From positions 310,001 to 374,000 of the IMG/VR virus record IMGVR_UViG_3300028654_000001: 64,000 nucleotides of DNA; one strand, given 5' to 3'. The first letter of the stretch is position 1. Each line of letters begins with the position of its first letter. A program made the position numbers and the translations under genes. The notes beneath the pieces were generated by a model that was not told the origin of the DNA, searched no databases, and saw nothing but the letters and a program-made list of their open reading frames with translations. Positions 1 through 8,769 of the stretch are shown one piece after another.

Positions 1-3000
1 TGAAGTGGATTCCGTAGTTTCCGGAATTACTTGGACCAAGAATGAGATCCGTATTGGTGAAGCTTGCTACGGTAACGAGAGGTCCTATCCTAACAGAAAC
101 GGTGCCATTAGTGATAGTTCCGAGACCTGCTGATACAGTAACATCACCACCATTACCAACACCCGCAGTTCCACCTCGTATAGCGACGTTACCTCCGTTC
201 CCGTCGAAAGTGGTACCTCCTGCTAGAGTAACCCCCCCACCATTACCTGAAGAACCAGTGGAAGAACCCCCCACTAGAACGAGTCCACCAGCGGTCCCAG
301 AACCACTTGAAGTCCCAGAAGCAACTGTGAGGTTACCTGTGCTTGCAGTCCCAGTACCGTCTCCGGTACTGATAATTAGGGTACTTGTAGTACCAGAAGA
401 CCGATTAGAAGTACTAATGTGTGAGGCATTGGTGAATGTGAGTGCATTGGATGATATTAGTACATCCCCAGCAATGCTAGCTGTACCGCCAACAGACAAG
501 TCATTGGTCAAGAATAGTGCTGTCAGGGTAGGAGCATTTGACCAGAAGTTGTAGGTCCCATTGCTGGCATAGACTGTGTTGGGAGCCCCCTTCGGGAACG
601 ATTCAATAGCTGGAGGATCAACAATCTGACTTATCGTCTTCCCAATTGGCAAGTCAATAGTGGTTGGATCCACATTGTAGAAAGTATGGTTGGCGAGAAG
701 CGGATGCCCTTCGATACGATACAGGTCAGCCCCTGATACCGATTCTCCGCTGCCATTTGTACCTAGTAAGATCATGGCTTCAGATGGAGTGGTATTGAGT
801 TCCATCACATTGGTAACAATGGCCATCATCAACTCATCTCCAGCGGATACCTGAGCTGATCCAACACTAGTAAGGGAGTTCCTAACTAAGAAGGCCCTAC
901 CGACAAGAGCCCTAGTCCCACTAACCGAACCCAGGATTCTCTCATAGGTGGCGAAGATCTCTCCACCAGGACGATCCCCAGAGCCGATGAAAGCAGACCC
1001 ACCCCTATTGGTTCTGAAGTTTGTGAGAGAACTATAGCTTTGACTACCATCCACAAGGATTATCACATCCCCTGGAAGACCAGCAGAGGTCTCCGATGGC
1101 ATACTTGAGGTTTCAGTCTGGTCCAATGTTGTAGAGCTGCCTAAGCCAGCTACGCCAGATCCCACACCCGTGTTGGAAGTGTAAATCAAAGGGGAGGCAA
1201 AGTCATCCGAGAACCGCCCTCCATGAAAATCCATGTCTCGGTATAGAGCTCCTAGAGGGAGTCGGGTAGTAAGACCCAGATAGTCCGGGTTTGCCTCAAG
1301 GTCACTGAAGATGGATGAGCTTCCAATAGCCCCAAGCTTGGTAATTGGTCGAGGTGTTGATGCTCCACCAGATGCTACTGTTGGAGGGTAGGGTCGAACA
1401 CCACTTGGGTCTACTGGATCTTCATAACCAACATTTCTAGGTTCATAGGTATTTGGCTGAACAAAGTCTCCGCTGAGCCTCCCAGTGCCCAAACTAGTAA
1501 TGAATCCGATCGAAGCAAGCACCTCAAGGGGTTTCTGATTTGGTCTAGTTAGGGTGCTGACTGTAAGAGAGGTCGAGGCTAACTCAAATGCTGTAGCTGA
1601 ATCAAGGGGTCCTCTTTGATACCCAATATCGAGTCCTGAAGAACTAGATGTTTGCCAGGGGTCCCCTTGGTAGACTGACCTGGAATAATTGACCAAAGCT
1701 GTGGCCGTAGCCGGTAACGGCCCAGGCAGAATTGTGTTAGGACCTGGTATTGGTTGAGCTGGGGTAACAGCGGATGAGAGTGCCAATCGGAAAGGCTGGT
1801 TAAGATCAAATGACCCAATACCAAACCCGAAGACACTAGCCTCAATTACATAATCTCCAACTGCAAATGAACTAGGTGGGTGGGGGGCTTTGGAAATATC
1901 AATGGCGTCTGAATTTAGGATGAAGGTGCTAACCCCATTGTTCAAATCATCTCGTTCAATCCAGAATACAGGCCCATCGAAGGACTGACGAAGCAGATTC
2001 TTAGCCCCACCAGAGGTAAGTGGTGTCCGATCTGTAGCAATATTAAAAGCTGACCCATTTGCGGTATAGTCACCCGCTTCATAGATTGCGAAAAGCCTAG
2101 AAATCCCATAGTAGATAGGCAACTCTAAGCCTTGACGACCTAACCCTCTTGCCGTCGACAGGGCACCACCAATAGTAGGATCATCATTGAAATGCCTCAT
2201 CCCTGCACGAAGCGGTGCCCCTGAAGCCGTGTTGTAAGGTACTAGAGTAGAGAATATCGCACAGGTAGTAGTGAGCGTTGTGTAGTTTATGTAGTCAGGG
2301 TTGTCAAAGGTTAACCCCTCTTTGGACATCAACATGAAGTTGATACCCTGACTGAAATCAGCACTATTACCCGGAAGGATTGGAGCATAAACTGCACCAA
2401 ATCCTGGTACTAAGTGACGAGGAAGGGTTACATAATTACTAGTTGAAAACAAACCTAACGGGTCTGACGCCATAGGGCCATACCCGCTAAGTAGTGGTGG
2501 CATTATATTGCCAGCTGTTAGGTAGAGAACACTACTCGGGAAAGAGATGCTCTGAAAAGGTTGGAGAACCACGCTCTTTGACCCAGGATCTATATATGAT
2601 CCTGTGGTGACTGGAAGCAGACTCTTGTAAGGATAATTCCTGAATTTGCTCCAAAGCAGTACCCAACTAGTACTCAGTTCATACTCATCCGAAACCTCAT
2701 ATGAGGGTTGAATGAGAACCTCAGGGTTAGCACTGGGATTAACTAGAACCACATTGTGGATCGAATCTGGCCTCCTAGCAATACCTCTACCCCCACCATA
2801 CTGAATGTTAGTGGTGATATAGAGCTGAGAAGCAGCTGATGAGGACGTGGTAGGGAATGGACTGCCAGCACCGATGAACCTAACCACCAAGTCATCAGTA
2901 GGTCCAGGGTTGTGGGGAGTAACCTCAAACCTATGTTGGGGTAGACTAGCAATTGATCCCTCAATACGAATCTGAACAGAACCAACTCCGCGGCGAATGA

Positions 3001-4936
3001 TATAAGTGATTGAACTAGCTGTTGGAATTGATATTGAACTGGTTAGAACCGAATTGGTAACATCAGTGATCGGGTAGGAACCCTTCGCGGCTCCGGTAAA
3101 TATAACTATAGTATCCCCAGGGTACACTAGGTTCAGGAAGTTTATACTCCCGTCAATGAACTGAAAGGAACCCATCGAAGTACCGCTGCTACTTGATACA
3201 GGTACTTCGTTTAGGAACCTGACCTGATCGGCATCTGATCCAGGAAGAGATGTTTTGAACTGAGTTACATCAACTTGTAGAGTATCCCCAGTCCCATCAC
3301 CATCTACTGTCTCAGAACTCCAAATGGAAGCCGCCTTTTGGCTTACTGCCATGACGGGGTTAGCTAGTTGGAGGTCCCAAGTTACCGCTTGGGTAGCAAA
3401 GGGTGGAGTAGGTGGGGCTAAGGGGAAAGTTGGACCTGCAGTAATGGGTTTGACTATGAACTCTACTGGCTGCTGTATAGCAGCATCACTGAATGCAAAC
3501 CGAATATGATCAGGAGCATCTAAGGCTGTGATGCTAGGGATAGCCGGTGGTGTTTGACTGATCTTATCTTCAAAATGTACATAAGTACCTCTAGGATCAG
3601 TCCCTGACCTCTTGTGGGTTGAGCGAAGTTTACCTCTGAGTAACTTATCGAGACTGGATTGTAGTAGAGCTTGGTAGTCAAATCCTGTAGAACTAACTAC
3701 ATGCCTCAAATCCAGTAGATCTGTCTCAGTGATTTGGTCTGCAAAAAGCCCATCTGGACGACTAGATATGACCCTGACAACAGTACCAGCTGGATGAGCC
3801 TCAGCAACTGTACCGTTGACTCCACGTACTACAGCAATAGTGGTAGAGGTTATGCTTGCATAGGTGAGAAGCTCATCACCAATCTGAATAACAACTGCTG
3901 AAGCTGGACTTGCTGGTAAAGGAATGTTGGCAATTGAGACAAGAGTGATGTTTGTTGCGGTTGCTGTGAGTAGCGATGCAAGAGTCGGAATGGTTGAGAA
4001 TGTAGTAGCTCCGAATCGATCAGTGGCTGAAGGATTTCGATTGAAGGATCCATTTAAGTTTGGGAAGGGGTCACCACTCCACAAGGTGGCTGATCTTCTG
4101 AAGATAATTGCAATCGGTATTGCGTAGGCAAAACCATCTACTGTACCGAGACTGTTACCTGGGTTTCCATCACCAGCGCGGTATAACCCATTATCACCCA
4201 ACAGCTCACGCATATTGGAGAAGGTATAAGTTGGAATCGGTGAGCTTGAAGCACCTTGCGCGAATACGACGGAGGGGTCAAAACCGTCAGGACTTATGGA
4301 GAGGTTGTTTAGACCACTGACCACTCTAATTCTGTATAAAATCTGTGTTCTGTCAGTAGTCGGCTCACCGATCTCTGGATCAATGAGATCGTCTGGGAGG
4401 TAGCTTTGGCCTCCTTCCAAATTTCCAAACCTATAGATAGCCGATGCATTAGGTTTGTTGAGTGTTGAGGGGTTTGGGCTAATGAGAGCTTTGTAACATT
4501 CTAAAAACACGAAGTCTGCTCTTGCAGACCCCGCCGACACCGGTGGTGGGGGGAGTAGTATCCGATTTAGGGTGCTAGAGTTGTTGGGCTGACCAGGGGG
4601 GCTTCCTGTTTGAGTTCCGCACACAGGTATCAACCACCCGTTCACCACAGCCCACATAATGGACTGTTGATCCCCTGCCCTCTGTGGTCCAAACTGAAAC
4701 CAGTTGGAATATGAGGGATCTGTGATGTACACCTTTGATTGGTTTACAGAATTCCCAAGCCACCCGCTAGGGGTGCCACGAAGGACAAGCTTCCTCTGCC
4801 AATCCTCAGCAAGTTGTCCAACTAAGTTGAGGTCCGCGTCACATAGGGCGGCCCCTTCAATAAAAACCACACCTTCAAATTGGGTAGCTGTTGGGTCTAG
4901 GGTTCGACTGACGCCGGTCCCGAAGTTATCAGACAT
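1..4936 (-). CDS. Large tail fibre / baseplate-attached fibre protein (>1640 aa, 3' end beyond window edge)
   Basis: Not in the ORF track, presumably because no stop lies in the window. Manual translation from ATG at 4936 gives MSDNFGTGVSRTLDPTATQFEGVVFIEG... The same frame was spot-checked at 3760 (SRPDGLFADQITETDLLDLRH, a motif typical of large-phage fibre/baseplate proteins), at 540-580 (NTVYASNGTYNFW) and at the left edge (Gly-rich GGTAGVGNGGDVTVSAG...GNYGIHF). It lies downstream of the baseplate genes. Not every codon was checked. Confidence 0.8.
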   Translation of the reverse strand, partial: MSDNFGTGVSRTLDPTATQFEGVVFIEGAALCDADLNLVGQLAEDWQRKLVLRGTPSGWLGNSVNQSKVYITDPSYSNWFQFGPQRAGDQQSIMWAVVNGWLIPVCGTQTGSPPGQPNNSSTLNRILLPPPPVSAGSARADFVFLECYKALISPNPSTLNKPNASAIYRFGNLEGGQSYLPDDLIDPEIGEPTTDRTQILYRIRVVSGLNNLSISPDGFDPSVVFAQGASSSPIPTYTFSNMRELLGDNGLYRAGDGNPGNSLGTVDGFAYAIPIAIIFRRSATLWSGDPFPNLNGSFNRNPSATDRFGATTFSTIPTLASLLTATATNITLVSIANIPLPASPASAVVIQIGDELLTYASITSTTIAVVRGVNGTVAEAHPAGTVVRVISSRPDGLFADQITETDLLDLRHVVSSTGFDYQALLQSSLDKLLRGKLRSTHKRSGTDPRGTYVHFEDKISQTPPAIPSITALDAPDHIRFAFSDAAIQQPVEFIVKPITAGPTFPLAPPTPPFATQAVTWDLQLANPVMAVSQKAASIWSSETVDGDGTGDTLQVDVTQFKTSLPGSDADQVRFLNEVPVSSSSGTSMGSFQFIDGSINFLNLVYPGDTIVIFTGAAKGSYPITDVTNSVLTSSISIPTASSITYIIRRGVGSVQIRIEGSIASLPQHRFEVTPHNPGPTDDLVVRFIGAGSPFPTTSSSAASQLYITTNIQYGGGRGIARRPDSIHNVVLVNPSANPEVLIQPSYEVSDEYELSTSWVLLWSKFRNYPYKSLLPVTTGSYIDPGSKSVVLQPFQSISFPSSVLYLTAGNIMPPLLSGYGPMASDPLGLFSTSNYVTLPRHLVPGFGAVYAPILPGNSADFSQGINFMLMSKEGLTFDNPDYINYTTLTTTCAIFSTLVPYNTASGAPLRAGMRHFNDDPTIGGALSTARGLGRQGLELPIYYGISRLFAIYEAGDYTANGSAFNIATDRTPLTSGGAKNLLRQSFDGPVFWIERDDLNNGVSTFILNSDAIDISKAPHPPSSFAVGDYVIEASVFGFGIGSFDLNQPFRLALSSAVTPAQPIPGPNTILPGPLPATATALVNYSRSVYQGDPWQTSSSSGLDIGYQRGPLDSATAFELASTSLTVSTLTRPNQKPLEVLASIGFITSLGTGRLSGDFVQPNTYEPRNVGYEDPVDPSGVRPYPPTVASGGASTPRPITKLGAIGSSSIFSDLEANPDYLGLTTRLPLGALYRDMDFHGGRFSDDFASPLIYTSNTGVGSGVAGLGSSTTLDQTETSSMPSETSAGLPGDVIILVDGSQSYSSLTNFRTNRGGSAFIGSGDRPGGEIFATYERILGSVSGTRALVGRAFLVRNSLTSVGSAQVSAGDELMMAIVTNVMELNTTPSEAMILLGTNGSGESVSGADLYRIEGHPLLANHTFYNVDPTTIDLPIGKTISQIVDPPAIESFPKGAPNTVYASNGTYNFWSNAPTLTALFLTNDLSVGGTASIAGDVLISSNALTFTNASHISTSNRSSGTTSTLIISTGDGTGTASTGNLTVASGTSSGSGTAGGLVLVGGSSTGSSGNGGGVTLAGGTTFDGNGGNVAIRGGTAGVGNGGDVTVSAGLGTITNGTVSVRIGPLVTVASFTNTDLILGPSNSGNYGIHF

Positions 4937-5075
4937 GATTTTGGGATCTCCCGTGCATGTGCATCTGCACAAGGAAAAGCCAAAAGAGGATTACCGATCC
5001 CATTCCAAAATTGAATTGACTTCCGGTAGGGCCAGGTAGCCAAAACTTCCAGCAACATGAAAATCAAGTATTTTA

Positions 5076-5105
5076 TTGAGATCCAAACCCATCAGACGTA
5101 ATACT
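5076..5105 (+). promoter_or_regulatory. Sigma70-like promoter for the lipoprotein gene
   Basis: TTGAGA (5076-5081), 17-nt spacer, TAATAC(T) (5099-5105), with AT-rich sequence upstream. GAGG at 5110-5113 lies 6 nt before ATG 5120. Confidence 0.5.
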
Positions 5106-5107
5106 AA

Positions 5108-6796
5108 ATGAGGCGAATCATGTTCAAGACCCTAAGTTCAATAACCCTGGCTCTAGTGCTTACCGCTTGCGGAAGCAACTCAGTCGAAACTCCTGACACC
5201 CTGAATACCATCCAAGCGACCGGTGGCTCAAGCTCTAGTACCTCTAGTTCGACGTCAGTGGCCGGAACAGCTGGACTTGACACTTCGAAGGCGACCGGTG
5301 GCTCAAGCTCGGTTGAGAGCTCTACCGTCCCTGAGGCGACCGGTGGCTCAAGCTCCACGATTGGGACTACAAGTGCTCCGACGGGCACCGGCGGGCAAGG
5401 CCTAGGTACCGGAGGAAGTTCGGCCAAGTCTACTGGTGGGAGTTCAGCCAAGTCTACTGGTGGGAAACCCAGCACGGGTGGAGCTTCCACGTCGGGTGGC
5501 TCCAAGGCCACTGGCGGTTCAAGCTCGACGGGTGGCTCCAAGACTACAGGTGGGAGCTCAACTCAAGCTACAGGTGGATCACCAAGCACAGGTGGGAGCT
5601 CAACTCAAGCTACAGGTGGATCACCAAGCACAGGCGGGAGCTCTGCTCAGGCCACAGGCGGATCACCAAGCACAGGGGGAAGCTCTGCTCAGGCCACAGG
5701 CGGATCACCAAGCACAGGGGGAAGCTCTGCTCAAGCTACAGGTGGACAGGAGAGTACTGGGGGCTCATCAAGTACCGGCGGCAACTCAGCTACCGGGGGT
5801 ACCACGAATACTAAACTTACAGCGAAGTCTGTTTCAGTTGGTTCTTTTGCTAACACTTGTGCTGTAATAAGTGATGGGTCAGTTGAATGCTGGGGTGCTG
5901 AAACTTACCTTAACCTAGGGAGCAACGCGACAACTAATGCATCAGTTCCTACCAATGTCAACGGGATCTCGAATGCTGTTTCTGTCTCTGTGGGTCCTGA
6001 CCATACTTGCGCTGTTCTAAGTAACGGAACAATTCAGTGCTGGGGGGTAAATACTGCTGGCCAACTAGGCAATGGAACCACAACAAACAACTCAGCCGTG
6101 GTAGCAGGGATCACCAATGCCACTGCAGTGGCTTGCGCCCAATTTTATACTTGTGCCCTACTAAGCAATGGTACGGTTCAGTGTTGGGGTAGTGGAAGTT
6201 GGTCTGGTACTGGGTCAACAGCTACTAACTTAGTTCCCGTACCGGTCCCAGGATTAGCTACCCAAGCTACTGGTATCAGCACTCTTTTCATTAGTGCTGG
6301 GGACTACCAAGCCTGTGCGGTATCAAACGGTGGGTGGATTAGTTGTTGGGGTCCAAGTCAGCTAACACCTGTCATGATGACTACCGTTACTGGAACCACT
6401 ATTGCTACTACGGGAACCACTATTTCTTCAGGTCATGATAGTTCCTGCGGAGTACTTGATGACAGTTCTGTATACTGTTGGGGGAACAACAGATATGGTC
6501 AGCTCGGTAATGGGTCAACAACTAGCAGTACTAAACCAGTCCGAGCAATCTGGTATGGTGTCCTAGCTGTTAGTGTAGGATCTCAACATGCATGTGCGAT
6601 AATGACTGATGGAACAACTCAATGCTGGGGGAGCATTGGACCCAATAACAACCATCTGACCCCTGGAGTCACCCCTGGAGTCACCGGAGCTACTTCTATC
6701 AGTGATGGAACTCTATACACCTGTGTTATATTGAATAACGGAACAGTTCAGTGTTGGGACAACTCAGAAAACCTGACCACATATTCGAACTTTTGA
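5108..6796 (+). CDS. RCC1-repeat (ATS1/BLIP-II-like beta-propeller) lipoprotein with Gly/Ser/Thr-rich linker
   Basis: Signal peptide with lipobox LALVLTAC, about 200 aa of TGGSS linker, then repeated HTCAVLSNGTIQCWGxN..GQLGNG RCC1 blades. True start is probably ATG 5120 (MFKTLSS). Confidence 0.9.
   Translation: MRRIMFKTLSSITLALVLTACGSNSVETPDTLNTIQATGGSSSSTSSSTSVAGTAGLDTSKATGGSSSVESSTVPEATGGSSSTIGTTSAPTGTGGQGLGTGGSSAKSTGGSSAKSTGGKPSTGGASTSGGSKATGGSSSTGGSKTTGGSSTQATGGSPSTGGSSTQATGGSPSTGGSSAQATGGSPSTGGSSAQATGGSPSTGGSSAQATGGQESTGGSSSTGGNSATGGTTNTKLTAKSVSVGSFANTCAVISDGSVECWGAETYLNLGSNATTNASVPTNVNGISNAVSVSVGPDHTCAVLSNGTIQCWGVNTAGQLGNGTTTNNSAVVAGITNATAVACAQFYTCALLSNGTVQCWGSGSWSGTGSTATNLVPVPVPGLATQATGISTLFISAGDYQACAVSNGGWISCWGPSQLTPVMMTTVTGTTIATTGTTISSGHDSSCGVLDDSSVYCWGNNRYGQLGNGSTTSSTKPVRAIWYGVLAVSVGSQHACAIMTDGTTQCWGSIGPNNNHLTPGVTPGVTGATSISDGTLYTCVILNNGTVQCWDNSENLTTYSNF
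5546..5746 (+). repeat. 42-nt coding tandem repeat (~4.8 copies; TGGSS[T/A]QATGGSPS)
   Basis: Units start at 5546, 5588, 5630, 5672 and 5714. Copies 1-2 are identical and copies 3-4 near-identical. Confidence 0.9.
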
Positions 6797-6812
6797 ACCC
6801 CTGAAATAAGAA

Positions 6813-6856
6813 TAAGTGCAAGAGAGGGAGCCCTTCGGATCCCTCTCTTGCACTTA
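6813..6856 (+). terminator. Strong hairpin, probable terminator after the lipoprotein gene
   Basis: Perfect 17-bp inverted repeat taagtgcaagagaggga / tccctctcttgcactta around a loop containing c(TTCG)g, 17 nt after the stop. The U-tract is weak. Confidence 0.75.
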
Positions 6857-6927
6857 ACCAGAGCTACCTAATAACCAGAAACTTTGGCCCATAAACCCAA
6901 TAATCTACTGGTGTACTTAGTTATACC

Positions 6928-7116
6928 ATGAACAAGGATGTCGCCATTGGGTTCAAAGCCTCGCCTGAGTTCGAGCAACGTCTCCGGAAGCTACAGGAGC
7001 GGCTACAGGAGCGGCTACCAGGGGTTGACCTATCTAGGTCCCAGTTCATTAGGAATCTCATTGAACGAGGCGCAGAGTCACTGGAAAAAGAACTTAACAG
7101 CAGGGAGCCTCTGTGA
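6928..7116 (+). CDS. Ribbon-helix-helix (CopG/Arc-like) DNA-binding protein
   Basis: 62 aa with beta-strand VAIGFKA, helix PEFEQRLRKL and the typical LSRSQFIRNLIERG second helix. Contains a 12-nt duplication (LQER x2, 6990-7013). Confidence 0.75.
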   Translation: MNKDVAIGFKASPEFEQRLRKLQERLQERLPGVDLSRSQFIRNLIERGAESLEKELNSREPL

Positions 7117-8003
7117 TGTCTTCTTGGCAGGTTAGGAGTCAACTTTGCTCAACATGTGGGAAAACAGGTAAGTTTAAGGACGGGCGCCGTCAATGTTTAG
7201 CCTGCTATTATAGAGTAAGAAGAATTTGGAATAGAAACCACAAGGATAAGATAAGAAAATGGGGTACCGCCAGGTGGGGAAAGTACTTCTGTGTCTCCTT
7301 CGTTAATACCGATAAAAAACTAGTTGAGTGGCTTCACACTACTTGGAAGACTGCTACAAGAATAAACGAGTCCCTCAGAGGGTCCAATAAAACAGTTTAC
7401 CGAACTAGTGTACATAGTAAACATATGTGTGAGAAACTCATTCAATTAGGTATATTCCCTAGGAAGTCTAAAGTTCCTTGCCGTCTACCAAAGGTTCCTA
7501 CTGAATTTCAAGTCCCCTTTATACGTGGGTTGATTGATGGGGATGGAAGCGTAAATTTAACTAGGAACAAGGGTGTCGGTGGGGTCGTATTAAGGGTTTC
7601 ATTTGTGGACGCCTGGAACGAAGTAATCCAAGACCTAGCTGAGATTCTTAGGAGTAGGGGGATCAACCCCTTGGTCTATGAGAAGGAAAGGATAAGTCAC
7701 AGTGTGGCCCAACTACTAGCTCAAGGGAAACAAGCTGAAAAGCTTTGTCTCCTTCTCTATTCTGATTCGAGTTTTTGTATAGATCACAAGAGAAAAGTTT
7801 GGGAGTCCTACTTAGGGATACGGCAAGAATATGGTGGTTTAGTCATGGATCATATTCACTATAGTCAGAAGAAGCAACGGCCTTGGCTTGACTCGCTAGG
7901 TACCTGTCCTGACAATGAAGTAGCTAGAAAGTTTAACTTATCCTATGCGTGGGTGGCTAAAGTTCGTAGGTCTCTAGGAATCCCAGCGCACATCTCAACC
8001 TAA
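7113..8003 (+). CDS. LAGLIDADG-family endonuclease-like protein with N-terminal Cys4 zinc finger and C-terminal HTH-like domain
   Basis: FIRGLIDGDGSV LAGLIDADG motif preceded by LIQLGIFPRKS, typical of intein-type double LAGLIDADG proteins. N-terminal CSTC..CLAC; C-terminal PDNEVARKFNLSYAWVAKVRRSLGIP. TGATG overlap with the RHH gene. Confidence 0.8.
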   Translation: MMSSWQVRSQLCSTCGKTGKFKDGRRQCLACYYRVRRIWNRNHKDKIRKWGTARWGKYFCVSFVNTDKKLVEWLHTTWKTATRINESLRGSNKTVYRTSVHSKHMCEKLIQLGIFPRKSKVPCRLPKVPTEFQVPFIRGLIDGDGSVNLTRNKGVGGVVLRVSFVDAWNEVIQDLAEILRSRGINPLVYEKERISHSVAQLLAQGKQAEKLCLLLYSDSSFCIDHKRKVWESYLGIRQEYGGLVMDHIHYSQKKQRPWLDSLGTCPDNEVARKFNLSYAWVAKVRRSLGIPAHIST

Positions 8004-8142
8004 GGGTCAGAGGGTAGGGGATCTTCTTAAATGGGCGCACGAGATCATTCAGATCTACGGACAACCCAAGACTAAACCGGAAGAACCAAAGGAAGAACCC
8101 TTTCTGGCACCGACTCGGTTCGAGCGCGAAGAAGTGATCTGA
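7978..8142 (+). pseudogene. Start-less ORF remnant (...QRVGDLLKWAHEIIQIYGQPKTKPEEPKEEPFLAPTRFEREEVI*)
   Basis: Protein-like open frame between TAG 7975-7977 and TGA 8140-8142 with no usable start codon. Confidence 0.4.
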
Positions 8143-8146
8143 AATC

Positions 8147-8341
8147 CTAGCCCAACCGTTTGAAAACATGGCGACCATTCTGCTTGAGCATAAGGACGAA
8201 CCCTGACCGTTCCGAGATGAGATCGAAGTCTACGACCGCCTTCGAGATGAGTTTAGCTGTTTGATTGGTCTTGTAGTCTCGCGCCGGATCAACGAACGGA
8301 AGAGCTTCTAAACCGATCGGATGATAGGTGTGTAGGCCCAC
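8147..8341 (-). CDS. Small hypothetical protein
   Basis: 64-aa GTG-start ORF filling the gap between plus-strand ORFs; no motif recognised. Confidence 0.35.
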   Translation of the reverse strand: MGLHTYHPIGLEALPFVDPARDYKTNQTAKLISKAVVDFDLISERSGFVLMLKQNGRHVFKRLG

Positions 8342-8398
8342 TGACCTAGTAAACCCACGTAAGTTGTCTCTGTTATTCTAATGGTGTAGGCTCCTCCC

Positions 8399-8758
8399 AT
8401 GTCCAACGAAGATTGTCCGAACTGCACTGGCCACACCAAACTGAACTGCATCCAAGATCAATTTGGTTCCAAACTAGCAAAACTACTGCAAGATACCTTG
8501 AAAGAAGTTCAGGCCCAAGTCTCTGAGGACTCCCCAGAGGTCAACGGCCGCAAAGAAGCATTCCCTCTCGAGCTTGCTGATCATCTTCTATGGCTCGCCG
8601 CCTCAGTCTACGTTGGGGAGGGATCCCCGGGTTCAGAAGCCATCTACGAGCTGGCAAAGGCTCTTGAAGAGGTTGGATCTGAACCTGATGAGGACGAAGA
8701 TCCAACGGGAGTTGAACCCCCAGGGCCACACTTGGTGTCAGGACATGACGTTAACTAG
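8399..8758 (+). CDS. Hypothetical acidic protein with N-terminal CxxC
   Basis: 119-aa ORF with protein-like composition, preceded by the GGTGTA motif 10 nt upstream. Confidence 0.7.
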   Translation: MSNEDCPNCTGHTKLNCIQDQFGSKLAKLLQDTLKEVQAQVSEDSPEVNGRKEAFPLELADHLLWLAASVYVGEGSPGSEAIYELAKALEEVGSEPDEDEDPTGVEPPGPHLVSGHDVN

Positions 8759-8769
8759 AGACGAATGAT

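Noticed and set aside
42-554. 170-aa plus-strand Pro/Val-rich ORF
   Set aside because: Antisense shadow of the Gly/Thr-rich end of the minus-strand fibre gene.
5546-5746. Regular repeats as a possible CRISPR array
   Set aside because: Head-to-tail in-frame coding repeats with no unique spacers and no cas genes. The same applies to 43325-43690.
5104-5867. ORFs 5104..5541 (-), 5223..5405 (+) and 5436..5867 (+) with repeats
   Set aside because: Shadow or alternate-frame readings of the lipoprotein TGGSS repeats.
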